Below, in pieces: positions 28,089 to 37,086 of a DNA stretch of 64,000 bases; within the stretch, counting starts at the first letter, position 1; each line of letters begins with the position of its first letter. A model generated the notes under the pieces. The model saw only the letters and a list, made by a program, of their open reading frames with translations, was not told the DNA's origin and made no database searches. The stretch lies in IMG/VR virus record IMGVR_UViG_3300003617_000006. One strand, given 5' to 3'. The position numbers and the translations under genes were made by a program. This DNA comes from an uncultured virus (IMG/VR IMGVR_UViG_3300003617_000006) (taxonomy: Duplodnaviria; Heunggongvirae; Uroviricota; Caudoviricetes).

Positions 28089-28463
28089 TTAATATTCGTA
28101 TTCACCGGTTTCACTCGCTTGGAAACCACCATATTTTGTGTACTCTTCATCTGGCACACCTACTTGAATGAATGATTCCTCACCCTTGTTACGAGAATCA
28201 TAGAACTCCTCCATATCGTAAACCTCTTCCATACACAACTCATATACGGCGTCTTCACCATACACTTCTTTGTTAGTCTCGTTCTCATAGAACTCATATT
28301 CGTTATACACCTTGTTGTATAGGTATTGAACCAATTCCTTATCAGAGTCTCCCTCATATGGTGGTTCACACTTACGAAGTGCCTCTACGTTAACCTCAAT
28401 CGGTTCACTTGCCGCTGAGACTGTCCAAGTCTCTACTTTACGGACATAAACTTTTTCTGACAT
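28089..28463 (-). CDS. acidic hypothetical protein
   Basis: ORF track. Confidence 0.7.
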   Translation of the reverse strand: MSEKVYVRKVETWTVSAASEPIEVNVEALRKCEPPYEGDSDKELVQYLYNKVYNEYEFYENETNKEVYGEDAVYELCMEEVYDMEEFYDSRNKGEESFIQVGVPDEEYTKYGGFQASETGEYEY

Positions 28464-28469
28464 AATACC

Positions 28470-28646
28470 TTAGTTTAAAATTCCTTTTCCTAAAACCATC
28501 GGTGAACCGTCTTTGTGTGTCGCCACCAAAAATATTGATTCTCTCTCCTCAATAATTGGGGTAACTCCTTTGAATACGTTAGGATAGTTTTTCTGTACAT
28601 AAGCAGTAACTTGCTCCTCAACCTGTTTGTCAATTTTTTTCTCCAT
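28470..28646 (-). CDS. hypothetical protein
   Basis: ORF track; start moved to MEKKID because a promoter sits at 28676-28683. Confidence 0.65.
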   Translation of the reverse strand: MEKKIDKQVEEQVTAYVQKNYPNVFKGVTPIIEERESIFLVATHKDGSPMVLGKGILN

Positions 28647-28716
28647 ATCTTTTATTATTTTTTTTAGATTCACTACAAATGTAAGACATTATATCTTATA
28701 AAAAAAAAGTATTTCT

Positions 28717-28950
28717 CTATTTCTTTAAATTTTTTATTCTTCTTTCCAAATACCAAAGCGCCTTCTCTAAGTCCTGTACTGGTGGGTTACCATCTTTCTT
28801 ACCCTTTCTACCAATATATTTAATGACATTGAATAGGTAAGCATCTTCATCTAATCCCCACGCTTCCGCAACTTTAACAACCTCATATGGGTTCTCTTCT
28901 CCCCCGTAATGTTCAGGGTGTTTTACCATTTCATTATTACCTTCTTCCAT
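28717..28950 (-). CDS. DUF3310 family protein
   Basis: VKHPEHY, NVIKYIGR.GKK, QDLEKALWYL. Confidence 0.9.
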   Translation of the reverse strand: MEEGNNEMVKHPEHYGGEENPYEVVKVAEAWGLDEDAYLFNVIKYIGRKGKKDGNPPVQDLEKALWYLERRIKNLKK

Positions 28951-28965
28951 TCCTATACTATAACT

Positions 28966-29103
28966 TTATAATCCGATTATAATTTCCCACTTCAACCAAC
29001 CAATGATTAATTCTATATCACCATTAAGTAGTCTATCGTGGGTTAGTTTAATAAATGGTGTCACATATATTTGACCCCATACTTCACATTTTGTTATTTT
29101 CAT
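28966..29103 (-). CDS. small hypothetical protein (45 aa)
   Basis: hand-translated MKITKCEVWGQIYVTPFIKLTHDRLLNG... Confidence 0.55.
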   Translation of the reverse strand: MKITKCEVWGQIYVTPFIKLTHDRLLNGDIELIIGWLKWEIIIGL

Positions 29104-29105
29104 AT

Positions 29106-29699
29106 CTATACTATCATTGAATTAGCAAAGTTTATACTCAATACCAACGAAGTGATTAATATCTTCATACCAATCGCAATCAGTATAATACCAAAAACTC
29201 TTTCCATTATTGTAATACCCACAACTCCCAACTTATTCTGAATCCACGATGCCGATTTTAAGAATACATAGATAACCATCGCATTTAGTACGATACCAAT
29301 AATAATAACCAAATCATTCATATCCTGAGTCAATGACATAATTGTTGATAACGTACCTGGACCTGCAATGATTGGGAACGCAATTGGGAATATCGTCGCA
29401 GGCATCGGTTGAGACTTATCTTGCTCATCAATACCTAAAACCATTTTAACACCAAAGTAAAGTAGTAACATCGCCCCCGCCAATGCGAAATGAAATGTTT
29501 CAATACCTAACAAAGTAAACAGGGTCTTACCAACAAATAACATAGTCACCATTATACATACTGATATAACTGTCGCCTTAAGCGATTCAATCTCACCATT
29601 CTCTTTCCTTAATCGTATAATCAAAGGAACATTCCCCGGCATATCTATCACCGCAAACAATGTCAAAAATACTGTCAGTATGTTTAATACAATTTCCAT
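29106..29699 (-). CDS. marC: MarC family membrane protein
   Basis: LFAVID.PGNVP, PIAFPIIAGPG, MERVFGIIL. Confidence 0.92.
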   Translation of the reverse strand: MEIVLNILTVFLTLFAVIDMPGNVPLIIRLRKENGEIESLKATVISVCIMVTMLFVGKTLFTLLGIETFHFALAGAMLLLYFGVKMVLGIDEQDKSQPMPATIFPIAFPIIAGPGTLSTIMSLTQDMNDLVIIIGIVLNAMVIYVFLKSASWIQNKLGVVGITIMERVFGIILIAIGMKILITSLVLSINFANSMIV

Positions 29700-29700
29700 T

Positions 29701-31473
29701 TTACTTAATCCACATTTTTTCGTTAATAACTAATATGTCAACATCACAACCGTTGTATAGGTTGAATGCATCTTCAGGGGTTTCAACAATCGGTTCCCCC
29801 GCTAAGTTCAGAGAAGTGTTAAGAATTACTGGTACTCCACTATGTTTCTCAAACGCACGTATTAAATCGTAGTATCTTTCATTGTCACTTCTTTCAACTG
29901 TCTGAATTCTTGCGGTACCATCAACGTGAGTTACCGAAGGAATCTTATCTGAAATCACATCACAAATCTTCAACATATACGGAGACTCACCTTTAAAGTC
30001 AAAGTACTCCTCAACATTTTCAATACAAACTGCCGGTGCGAATGGTCTAAACCACTCTCTGTTCTTGATGTCAAAGTTAATATAATCTCTCATATTTTCC
30101 AAACATGGATTCGCAATAAAACTTCTATGACCTAAGGCTCTCGGACCGAACTCAGAACCACCTTGGAACCAAGCGATTACCTTACCCTTATTTAAATGGT
30201 CTCCTAATACTTCGTAATCAATTAACTGACCACCTTCAGGAGTATCGTACTCTTTACCTGTATAAACTACCTCACCGACCGTCTTAGTAACTCTATCGAT
30301 GTCTAATATGTTATGCGTAACGTATAATGCACAACCCACTGATAATCCGTCATCACCAGCTCCTGGATATGGAGACACCGTACTAAAGGATGTATTATGT
30401 TGTATCTTACCGTTTGTGGTACAGTTTAAGAACCCACCACCCGCAAGACATAGATTACCTCCATTATATCTTTTTGTTTCGTTATATAGTTTCTCAGCAA
30501 ATCTAAAGATGGTATGTTCAAATATGTACTGAATAGTTGCCGCTGCATCCATAGCTTCTTGCGAATCAGAAGTTTCTTTGGTGAAATACTCTACGTTGAA
30601 GAAGTTATCCGACTCCATAATCTCACCAGGATGTGGGTTAGTAATCACCTTACCAGTAACTTTCATAAATAATCTATACACCCATCTCCAATCATCACCA
30701 CCATCATTTCTTTCCCAATACGATTTAGTGTATTCATCAATATCTTTTACAATATCAGGGTTTACCTTACCATAAGGAGCTAATCCCATAGTAGTTCCCG
30801 CTTTAAACAACCCAGGACCCAAACCTAACGTCTCTGTAAACATAGAGTACGCATGTGCGATATTAACACCAGGGTAGTATAGAGTTTCTAACTTATTCCC
30901 ATAACCGTAACTAAACAATGAACATGCATAAGGGTCAGCCTCTGTTGAATCCAAAGTGAATATCGCAGCTTTGTCGTGGTTCGTTGTATAATAAGTCGAC
31001 GCAGCATGTGCGTGATGGTGATTGATAAACCAACCCGGAATAGTCACTCCGTAGATGTCCAAATTAATCTTAACATTCTCAACAGGTCTTTTAGTTGTTG
31101 GAGGACTTAGAAGAACTAAATCTTCAGTAACCTGAAACCCTTTGTTTGGAACAAACTTATCTTTAATATCACCTTCTAAACTTAAGTTGAAACTATCTGA
31201 AAAGATACTTTTGTCCTCAACGTACATCTTAATGTCTTCAAAGTCATTTTTCCATTCACTACGATTCTCAAACCAATATGAGATACCCACATAATCAACA
31301 TCATTTATCGTTAGTCCCGCTTCTCCCAACACATAATCCATCATTGGTTGTGTGATGTACCTATCTTTCTTAACTCTCGATAGTCTCTCTCTAGAAATTG
31401 CTGAGACTATTTTTCCATCGACCACCAAACAAAGTGATGAGTCGTGATTTGGTGATATACCTAATACTACCAT
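29701..31473 (-). CDS. carbamoyltransferase (NodU/CmcH/TobZ family)
   Basis: HDSS..ERLSRVK, HHHAHAAS, MGLAPYG, EFGPRALGHRS, REWFRPFAP, THVDGTARIQ, LNTSLN..GEPIVET. Confidence 0.95.
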   Translation of the reverse strand: MVVLGISPNHDSSLCLVVDGKIVSAISRERLSRVKKDRYITQPMMDYVLGEAGLTINDVDYVGISYWFENRSEWKNDFEDIKMYVEDKSIFSDSFNLSLEGDIKDKFVPNKGFQVTEDLVLLSPPTTKRPVENVKINLDIYGVTIPGWFINHHHAHAASTYYTTNHDKAAIFTLDSTEADPYACSLFSYGYGNKLETLYYPGVNIAHAYSMFTETLGLGPGLFKAGTTMGLAPYGKVNPDIVKDIDEYTKSYWERNDGGDDWRWVYRLFMKVTGKVITNPHPGEIMESDNFFNVEYFTKETSDSQEAMDAAATIQYIFEHTIFRFAEKLYNETKRYNGGNLCLAGGGFLNCTTNGKIQHNTSFSTVSPYPGAGDDGLSVGCALYVTHNILDIDRVTKTVGEVVYTGKEYDTPEGGQLIDYEVLGDHLNKGKVIAWFQGGSEFGPRALGHRSFIANPCLENMRDYINFDIKNREWFRPFAPAVCIENVEEYFDFKGESPYMLKICDVISDKIPSVTHVDGTARIQTVERSDNERYYDLIRAFEKHSGVPVILNTSLNLAGEPIVETPEDAFNLYNGCDVDILVINEKMWIK

Positions 31474-31478
31474 ATTTA

Positions 31479-31709
31479 CTATTTTAATTTAACTGTTATA
31501 TATCCAGGGTTATAAATGTCCCCTATTTCATACTCCAAATTATAATCATCCAAAGTATCTGTTACTATTTCTTCCATCCTATCAGATAGTCCCGTTATTA
31601 TCTCAACGGTATAAAAATTACTGAGTAATACACTATTCATAAACTCATCCACTTTTCGAGGAACGTCTTTATGTCTCACACCGTGTAAGTCTAAAGAATC
31701 TCGTTTCAT
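31479..31709 (-). CDS. stand-alone Smr-domain protein
   Basis: LDLHG, EIITG and NPG motifs. Confidence 0.8.
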   Translation of the reverse strand: MKRDSLDLHGVRHKDVPRKVDEFMNSVLLSNFYTVEIITGLSDRMEEIVTDTLDDYNLEYEIGDIYNPGYITVKLK

Positions 31710-31710
31710 C

Positions 31711-32574
31711 TTACTTATCCAATACCATTTCGACCTGAGCCATTTCAGCCTTAGTCTTATTTATCCTACCCTCAGATTGTTTAACATAGTTTTCTGACAA
31801 TTCAATACCAACATATCTTCTGTTGTGTACCATCGCAGCAACCGCCGTTGTTCCTGAACCTGAGAATGGGTCCATTACTATATCGTTCTGATACGATAAT
31901 ATCTTAATCGCTTTCACAGGAATGTCCATAGAGAACGTAGCCTTAGTCAACTGATTGGTGTCTGCAAAGTAACTCCACTGACCAAACACCAAACTCATAA
32001 ACTCCTTTTTATCCTTATCGTCATACTCAACCCTCTTCCTCATTCCTTCACCGTTGGTTTTTTCAACCATCTTTATCTCTGAAGGTGACCATTGAGGTTC
32101 TCCTTTAACTTTCTTTTTATAATCCTTTTTATATCCTAAAATAACACACTCCTTTGGATTATAAATGTACGGAGCCGATGGACTCATCCAACTACCCCAA
32201 GCCGTTGTCTTACTTCTATGTGGTGAATCCTCATCTAAGTCAACCAACCCAAAAAATCCAAACCCTATCTCTTTCATTATTTGGTAGAACTCAGACGCAA
32301 AAAATATTCGACCACCTCTCTCTCTTACATTGGTTTCGTAAGGGATATTAATTGCAACTCGACCGTCATCCTTAAGAGTATCATAAGCTCCCTGTAACCA
32401 TTGACGAGTGAAGTCCCAATACTCTTCCATCGACATCTCATCCATATGTGTGTCGTAATTGATGCCCACATTGTATGGTGGCGAGGTAATCATTAAGTCA
32501 ACAGACTCATTAGGCATCTCTTTAAGTACGTCAATACAACTACCCTGAGTAATCTTATTTATATATTTCTCCAT
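31711..32574 (-). CDS. DNA methyltransferase (N4-mC/N6-mA, beta class)
   Basis: TSPPYN then DPFSGSGTT and GIELS. Confidence 0.92.
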   Translation of the reverse strand: MEKYINKITQGSCIDVLKEMPNESVDLMITSPPYNVGINYDTHMDEMSMEEYWDFTRQWLQGAYDTLKDDGRVAINIPYETNVRERGGRIFFASEFYQIMKEIGFGFFGLVDLDEDSPHRSKTTAWGSWMSPSAPYIYNPKECVILGYKKDYKKKVKGEPQWSPSEIKMVEKTNGEGMRKRVEYDDKDKKEFMSLVFGQWSYFADTNQLTKATFSMDIPVKAIKILSYQNDIVMDPFSGSGTTAVAAMVHNRRYVGIELSENYVKQSEGRINKTKAEMAQVEMVLDK

Positions 32575-32714
32575 TCTATATTATCGTTTTAGTAAGTATA
32601 GAAAAAATAAATCGTAAAGTCCAGTAATGACATAAAAAAAAAACACCCATTAGATTTCTCCAATGAGTGCTTAATCAATTTATTAGGAAATAAACTTAGG
32701 GACGGTAATAAATA

Positions 32715-33044
32715 CTACCTTAGTTCCATTTGTTTAACTTTTTCTATAAAAAGTTCAACATCATTAACAGACAACTTTGTCTGTATCGGTTCCCCATCAA
32801 TTAATTCGATATCCCCCTGAACTTTATTACATAGAGCAACCTCAAAGGTACTCTTTATTCTATTGGTCCACACACTAAAGTCATTATCTATCAAAGCAAT
32901 ACGGTCATACTTATTTAAATCTCCGTAAGCTCCACCACCACTACATACCGATACGTACCAATTTTCATTGATGGGATAGATACCGTGAATACCTTTACCC
33001 TCTAACCTGTGTTCTTCAAATTTGATGTTATTAAACTCTAACAT
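32715..33044 (-). CDS. hypothetical protein
   Basis: ORF track. Confidence 0.7.
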   Translation of the reverse strand: MLEFNNIKFEEHRLEGKGIHGIYPINENWYVSVCSGGGAYGDLNKYDRIALIDNDFSVWTNRIKSTFEVALCNKVQGDIELIDGEPIQTKLSVNDVELFIEKVKQMELR

Positions 33045-33478
33045 AACTTACATCTCATTAGATAATATGTAAGTTAAGAACACAACAGTGTCAATATTAA
33101 AAGATACCATGTTTCCGAAAGATATAACCTGTTCATACATTTTAGAGTACATACCTACTTAAATTCTTTAACTTTTTCCAACCTCTTAGTTAGTTCCTTT
33201 ATTAACTCACTACTACCACCACCAGATTTTGTCTTCTCATTCTGAATCGTATTTTCTAGTAGACCTATAATTTCTTTCTTTTTATTACTCATCCTTATTG
33301 TATTTTATTTTTAGATTTTATTTGTTTCCATAGGTCTTCATATACATCACTCAACCTACCTTTGTATCCTCCGTCTTTAACCTTTCTAACCTCATCAATA
33401 AGATGACTTCTCAGACCTCTCTTATTGGCCTCAAATAATATTTCTTCAATATACTCCTCAGATGAAAATCCCATACCT

Positions 33479-34252
33479 TTATTTTGTTAATGTTGTTAAT
33501 AAAAATTTAAATATCTTAGTGTAGTGCACATCATAATTCTCACCACCCATTGGTATTACATTCGCACTGGTCGGACAAACTTCTAACATCCGTCTTACCT
33601 TTAAAGACTCCGCAATTGAATAGTATTCATTTTGATTACCGATAAATAATGAACATCCCTTAATGATTTGAGCCGCATCCATATAATCTTTAGGTTTGAT
33701 ATGAATTAGATTGTTAACTTTTTCACTAATTCTTTGGTATTCCAAATCATCACCAATGAATACAAACTTAACATCTGGAAAGTCATTGATAACCGACCAA
33801 TCCACATTCTCATTTTGATATGACAATGAACGAGATAAAACTACCTTACGATTATACCTCTCGTTTGATTTTAGATTAATACACGGTCTCTCAAATGGGA
33901 CACTTAATCCCATCATTGTTGAAAAGTATCTAACAATAGACCCTGATTTATAATTGATTGGTTGTTCTCTGAAAATATCTAAGTCGACATTTATTTTTGT
34001 AGTATCCCCATCAAAGATTTTAACGTCATCGATGTAGTATTGATTCTTTAATAGATTCTTAAGTGAATCGACATCCTCTTTGATTAACATAAAAGGCCTA
34101 TGTGAGTAACCCTCTGTAAATTTTTCCTTATTATCCATACCCACCTGTAAGTGTAGTATTGCTTGAGTGTCGTTTAAGTCACACGCAGTTTTAATTGAAG
34201 GTAATGAATAGAATAAATCGCTTACCGTTCCTGAATGTTTAAAGTGAATCAT
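33479..34252 (-). CDS. glycosyltransferase family 9-like protein
   Basis: HSG..SDL.YSLP N-terminus; FVFIG, DAAQIIKGCSLFIGNQ C-terminal motif. Confidence 0.7.
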   Translation of the reverse strand: MIHFKHSGTVSDLFYSLPSIKTACDLNDTQAILHLQVGMDNKEKFTEGYSHRPFMLIKEDVDSLKNLLKNQYYIDDVKIFDGDTTKINVDLDIFREQPINYKSGSIVRYFSTMMGLSVPFERPCINLKSNERYNRKVVLSRSLSYQNENVDWSVINDFPDVKFVFIGDDLEYQRISEKVNNLIHIKPKDYMDAAQIIKGCSLFIGNQNEYYSIAESLKVRRMLEVCPTSANVIPMGGENYDVHYTKIFKFLLTTLTK

Positions 34253-34293
34253 ATTGTTTTTTTTATCTATTACTAAAACATAATAAAATAAAA

Positions 34294-34321
34294 AAGGGGA
34301 GTCAATATTTGACTCCCCTTT
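34294..34321. terminator. palindrome GGGGAGTCAATATTTGACTCCCC (terminator or operator)
   Basis: near-copy of 21521-21540. Confidence 0.65.
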
Positions 34322-34341
34322 GGTAAATGTTTTTAAGTAAT

Positions 34342-34557
34342 TTAGATTATATCAGAATTCTCTAACATCCCTTTAATTATCTCACTATTCTTCGAGAAGA
34401 ATATACCGAAACCGATACCTCCAATAAATGGATATCCACCTAAAAGAAATAAAGAACCTAAACCTAAAGCCACCATTGCGGTGAAACCCTTTGTTTTCGC
34501 AAAATCAACTGCCTTACCATACAGACCCTTTGCAATTTGAAAAAATGATTTTAACAT
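34342..34557 (-). CDS. small membrane protein
   Basis: ORF track; TATTTAT at 34594-34600. Confidence 0.7.
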   Translation of the reverse strand: MLKSFFQIAKGLYGKAVDFAKTKGFTAMVALGLGSLFLLGGYPFIGGIGFGIFFSKNSEIIKGMLENSDII

Positions 34558-34702
34558 ACCTTTAAAATTATTAATTACGTTTATTACTCATATATAAATA
34601 TCACCGAATACTAAAATAACTTTGTAGTATCGATTTATTTTCTATCGATTTTAATAAACTTTAACTTAAAGTAGTTAAAATAATATATAATTGAGATAAA
34701 AT

Positions 34703-35122
34703 TTATTCTTCTGTCTCTTCTTCGTCCTCTTCACTCATCATCTTATCAACTAAAGCTGAACCTGCACCTGCAGCCGCTGCTCTACCTAATGACATAGCAA
34801 TTGGATTTTCGTTTAATTCTTCTTCTGTCATCCATCCTTCAGAGATTGAAGTGTCAGCACATTTCTTACCGTACGTCTCCATCATATCATTAACAGACTC
34901 ACACATACCTTGGTAAGACTCTAAACATTCTTTACCTTCCATACATGCAATTTCGTACATCATAGAACCACAGTCCTCTAACATCTCCATTAATTTTGTT
35001 TTCTTCTCTTCTGATTCATTGATTGTGAATTCAAATCTACCGAAATCTAATTTTTTAGGTGCCGAATCGTGTAAGTTTTTGATTCTATCTACCTCTTCTT
35101 GTAATAATCTTAAGTTTTTCAT
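34703..35122 (-). CDS. acidic protein with repeated I/L-x-E motifs; putative head-internal or scaffold protein
   Basis: LLQEE, INES, LMEM, ISEG, LNEN; TATTTAT at 35140-35146. Confidence 0.7.
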   Translation of the reverse strand: MKNLRLLQEEVDRIKNLHDSAPKKLDFGRFEFTINESEEKKTKLMEMLEDCGSMMYEIACMEGKECLESYQGMCESVNDMMETYGKKCADTSISEGWMTEEELNENPIAMSLGRAAAAGAGSALVDKMMSEEDEEETEE

Positions 35123-35179
35123 AATAATTTTTTATATCTATAAATAGTTAAGGTTTTAAAAAAACCTCTCTAATTGGTA

Positions 35180-35521
35180 TTAATAACCAAATAATTTACC
35201 TAATAACTTATACCATACATCTTCAGATACTGTTGTTTTTCTGAATGACCACATTCTTCTATCCGATAATTCTGAATAGTATCTAAGTAGTGGTGTTCTT
35301 AAGAATAGAAAATCACACTCATACGAAGTTTTTCTTACCTCAGCACCGTTAGGTAGTCTGAAGGTAACTTTAAGAAATGAGTAACTTCTTAATTTGTACT
35401 CAACCCTAAAAAAATCAAACCCCCATTCGTGGTGGTGATTGTGTAATAAGACTTCTAATAAAATTACAGACAAATTTAGTCTCCTAGTCTTCCAACTTAT
35501 TTTTTGTAGTATCTTTTTCAT
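35180..35521 (-). CDS. hypothetical protein
   Basis: ORF track. Confidence 0.65.
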   Translation of the reverse strand: MKKILQKISWKTRRLNLSVILLEVLLHNHHHEWGFDFFRVEYKLRSYSFLKVTFRLPNGAEVRKTSYECDFLFLRTPLLRYYSELSDRRMWSFRKTTVSEDVWYKLLGKLFGY

Positions 35522-35684
35522 AGTATGGATTATTTCTATTGTATTTATTCTTACTAACGTTTTTCCTTAATGGTATATCAATATCGTAGGGGATAGTATT
35601 CTTCCTGTAAACCTTTGGTGTATGGTAGAAACCACAGGAGGTAAACAAAAGACATACTAACCCTATCAATATCTTATTCATCAT
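35484..35684 (-). CDS. small putative lipoprotein
   Basis: KILIGLVCLLFTSC lipobox. Confidence 0.6.
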   Translation of the reverse strand: MMNKILIGLVCLLFTSCGFYHTPKVYRKNTIPYDIDIPLRKNVSKNKYNRNNPYYEKDTTKNKLED

Positions 35685-36829
35685 TTCTTTTCGTAAAGTT
35701 CTAAAATCAAATCTTCGTGGAACTTAACGTTCGCAGGATTCAGAGAAGCGTGTTCCCAAATAGTTTCCTTAGAAGCTTGTTTGTATTGTGCTAAGTTCTC
35801 ATCGTGAGTCTCAAAAGCCTCAATCAACTTTTCTTTACCCATATTCACATCCCACCCTTCGTAGTAGTAACCTGCGTCTTTGATGAAGTGAGCGTTGTGG
35901 ATAAGTGGGTAGTTACCGTAAAGTACATCATACCACATATAGTTAAGCGCATTTTCAGTTTGCCACGATACAACCGCATCGACATATTCTGACATAAACC
36001 ACGGTAATTTGTATCTCGCTTCAAACGATGCTTTGTTATCTTTAACAATATCTAAAGTGTTTGAGAAGTGTCTGAAAATCTCACCTTCTTTAATCTTCGC
36101 AGCGTTAGTCACAAAGATATCTCCCATTCTATGCTCTTCCTCAGATAATCCTAAGTCTCTTTTGTAGTGACGATAAGTATCTTCCATAACTAACATCGGG
36201 TAGTGACAGGTCTTTAACATATTAATGTTTGGTTCAAACACTCCTAAGTTCCACTTAGCCTTTCCTGGCTGGTACTCGTACGGTTTCTTACATTGTTGAG
36301 CAACTTTATCAATAAAGAATGGGTCCCAAATGTGTGGTACTTCTTTAACCTCAGTATCGTAAGCCAATCTAAAGTAATGATAGTTAGTGTTGATGTGTTG
36401 TGGTGTCGTCCAAATCGCATCATACTCAATTCCGATGAATACGGCACCTGGCTTTTGACCAAACAACGTTCTCTCAGTATCAATCCAAAAGTCGTTACCA
36501 CCTTTGTACGCAACAACCTTACCTCCGTTATCTTTAACCTTACCAGTGATAACTGAACCTGTCTGAGCACCTAACTCAATAAGGAAGTCAATCTTATCTT
36601 CAACATCTGTGAATCTAACAACCTTCACATCCACATCGTCCATCATCAATAGAGATGGGTCTTCACCATCACCTACATTAATAATATAAATCTCGTTGAA
36701 TTTATCTGATTGCTTTAGCAACTTATAGAACATCAATACGTTCTGTTTGATTCCGTTTGAGAAAATAGAATCACCGTCTTTCTTTATGTATAATGATATT
36801 CCTATATCAATTTTACCGTTCTTTCCCAT
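35681..36829 (-). CDS. DUF2827 family protein (predicted glycosyltransferase-like)
   Basis: SIFSNGIKQN, VPHIWDP, FEPNINMLK, WQTENALNY, YPLIHN. Confidence 0.85.
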   Translation of the reverse strand: MGKNGKIDIGISLYIKKDGDSIFSNGIKQNVLMFYKLLKQSDKFNEIYIINVGDGEDPSLLMMDDVDVKVVRFTDVEDKIDFLIELGAQTGSVITGKVKDNGGKVVAYKGGNDFWIDTERTLFGQKPGAVFIGIEYDAIWTTPQHINTNYHYFRLAYDTEVKEVPHIWDPFFIDKVAQQCKKPYEYQPGKAKWNLGVFEPNINMLKTCHYPMLVMEDTYRHYKRDLGLSEEEHRMGDIFVTNAAKIKEGEIFRHFSNTLDIVKDNKASFEARYKLPWFMSEYVDAVVSWQTENALNYMWYDVLYGNYPLIHNAHFIKDAGYYYEGWDVNMGKEKLIEAFETHDENLAQYKQASKETIWEHASLNPANVKFHEDLILELYEKK

Positions 36830-36887
36830 TATTTGTTATTAATTTATTTATTTAACCAACTAAGGTCTTTATTTAAATATCCGACGC

Positions 36888-37034
36888 TTAGTCATTAATG
36901 AATATAGCCATAATAATATATACAATCAAGGTGGTTCCGAATGTTGACATTGCGGATATAACAAACCCAATTCTAAATAATATTGTAGGAATATTTGTTA
37001 TTCTCTCTAACCTTTTACACAATCCTGTTATCAT
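36888..37034 (-). CDS. PspC-domain small membrane protein (48 aa), absent from ORF track
   Basis: MITGLCKRLERITNIPTILFRIGFVI...LIVYIIMAIFIND; promoter TTTG-N20-TAAGTTTG at 37054-37085. Confidence 0.7.
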   Translation of the reverse strand: MITGLCKRLERITNIPTILFRIGFVISAMSTFGTTLIVYIIMAIFIND

Positions 37035-37086
37035 AATTTTTTATTGTTTAATACAAACTTACAAAGTTTTATTTTAACTACCAAAT

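Noticed and set aside
15570..31473. bacterial chromosome origin because of host-like genes
   Set aside because: Host-like genes are single, interleaved with phage orphans and out of their normal operons; phage fibre, Rnl1 and DUF3310 genes share the contig
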